From a virus (Duplodnaviria; Caudoviricetes): a stretch of DNA of 25,661 nt. The notes below the pieces were generated by a model. The model was not told the DNA's origin, ran no database searches, and saw nothing but the letters and a program-made list of their open reading frames with translations. Position 1 is the first letter of the stretch. Each line of letters begins with the position of its first letter. A program made the translations under genes and the position numbers. Positions 24,599 to 25,661 of the stretch are shown piece by piece. Where the stretch lies: IMG/VR virus record IMGVR_UViG_3300025635_000140, positions 1 through 25,661 of that record. One strand, written 5' to 3'.

Positions 24599-25128
24599 TT
24601 GCTCTCCTCCTTCCCTGGGGGGATTTGTTCGCTACGCGCTGCGGGCTTGTACGCTTTAAGGTGGCGGCCTTTCCGCACCTTGTCGGCCGCGTTGTCCTTG
24701 TGCGTTCCCAGAAACAGATGCGCCGGATTGCAGCAAGACCGGACGTCGCACTTGTGGCAAACGACAAGGCCAGCTGGGATGGGCGAGTTCACAGCCTCCC
24801 ACGCGGCTCTGTGCGTGCTGATCGTAACGCCGTTAACGCGGATTCGCCCGTAGCCCGCGCCCGACATAGATCCCAACCAAAGCAGGCACCCGCTGTTTGG
24901 TTCGGGGATAGTCGAGACCTCAAGTCGCTCGCGCATTGACAGCCCCCTGGGTGGGTATCGGCGCTCTTTTGTGACGACTGCCGGCGCCTCGTACTTCTTT
25001 CTATGAAGAACTGCGCATGTGTAACTGCAACACATTGGGACGCCGCGCTCCTTGGCGCGATTGATCCTTGAAATAGGCTTCATGCGGCGGCCGCCACACT
25101 CAGCGCACACGATCTCAGAAAGTGCCAT
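24595..25128 (-). CDS. HNH endonuclease (His-Me finger) with N-terminal Cys cluster
   Basis: CAECGG..CCSYTC; PEPNSGCLLW..GYG..HRAAW..VCHKCDVRSCCNPAHLFLGTHKDNAAD; AGGAGG 6 nt before ATG 25128. Confidence 0.9.
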   Translation of the reverse strand: MALSEIVCAECGGRRMKPISRINRAKERGVPMCCSYTCAVLHRKKYEAPAVVTKERRYPPRGLSMRERLEVSTIPEPNSGCLLWLGSMSGAGYGRIRVNGVTISTHRAAWEAVNSPIPAGLVVCHKCDVRSCCNPAHLFLGTHKDNAADKVRKGRHLKAYKPAARSEQIPPGKEESK

Positions 25129-25140
25129 TGTCACCCTCCT

Positions 25141-25539
25141 TTAGGCCGATGCTTCCTGCATCGACGCTTTCCCGTAAGGGGAGGCGGGCGGCTCGGGGAG
25201 CGGCATCCAGAGTTGAACCGGCGGCTCGATAAATTCACCGCCCTCGTCGCACCACTCCGGGTCGTCATCATAGTTGGGCGAGATGCGGAACCCGACGCCT
25301 ACATGCTTTCCGTTGTAAACCAGCACGTAGTGCGGATAGGTGCCGTGCTCAGACCAAGGACCCAGAGCCGCGCGCTGCCATCCCGGCACGACCGTCATCC
25401 CTTCTGCAGATAGGGCGGCGAGAATGTGAGCGGCCTGCTCTTTGAACAGCTCGCGATACTTGGCGTAGGAGACTTCTTCGAACGAGGCTTCTGCCCTCGC
25501 TATCACCTCTAGTATCCTGGAGCGGGTTGAATCTGACAT
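25141..25539 (-). CDS. DUF551-like phage accessory protein
   Basis: C-terminal VQLWMPLPEPP resembles the VTHWMPLPEPP signature. Confidence 0.7.
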   Translation of the reverse strand: MSDSTRSRILEVIARAEASFEEVSYAKYRELFKEQAAHILAALSAEGMTVVPGWQRAALGPWSEHGTYPHYVLVYNGKHVGVGFRISPNYDDDPEWCDEGGEFIEPPVQLWMPLPEPPASPYGKASMQEASA

Positions 25540-25559
25540 GGTCTTACTCTCTATGGGGG

Positions 25560-25661
25560 TTATTGGGTCCTGACCTTTGGTGGGTCGAAGGCCGCGCCAT
25601 CGGTGGGGGATGGCGGGAACGCACGATCAACCGCAGCGGCCCATTCGTCGTAGCTGACGGT
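25560..25661 (-). CDS. 3' end of a minus-strand gene (partial)
   Basis: Open frame from the window edge (TVSYDEWAAAVDRAFPP...KVRTQ) ending in TAA at 25562-25560. Confidence 0.4.
   Translation of the reverse strand, partial: TVSYDEWAAAVDRAFPPSPTDGAAFDPPKVRTQ

Noticed and set aside
1-25661. CRISPR array, tRNA, DGR/reverse transcriptase, invertase, integrase
   Set aside because: None recognised by eye: no regularly spaced repeats, cloverleaf, or RT/recombinase motifs. Dedicated scans were not run.

Overview
This window is the late (morphogenesis and lysis) arm of a GC-rich P22-like podovirus or prophage. An alphaproteobacterial host is my inference, not something shown directly. The + strand carries an almost continuously overlapping operon: terS, terL, portal, scaffold, P22-type coat, small head proteins plus a GT-A glycosyltransferase, gp4/gp10-like tail proteins, a GNAT, three ejection proteins, tail fibre/spike genes, holin, GH24 endolysin, Rz/Rz1, an HTH-metallophosphoesterase and an HNH-AP2 endonuclease. 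It converges at about 24.1 kb with minus-strand accessory genes (hypothetical, HNH, DUF551-like). The most notable observations are: (1) two sequence-divergent copies of one structured leader (14-bp hairpin, CT(A/G)ACC, RBS hairpin, ATGGCT) whose stem mismatches are all A.C, i.e. G.U on the antisense strand; (2) an antisense lipoprotein gene nested inside a + strand 'bridge' ORF coupled by TGATG at both ends; (3) a glycosyltransferase inside the capsid module; (4) a dif/loxP-like site at the convergence point. All calls come from motif reading and synteny only; no database searches were run.
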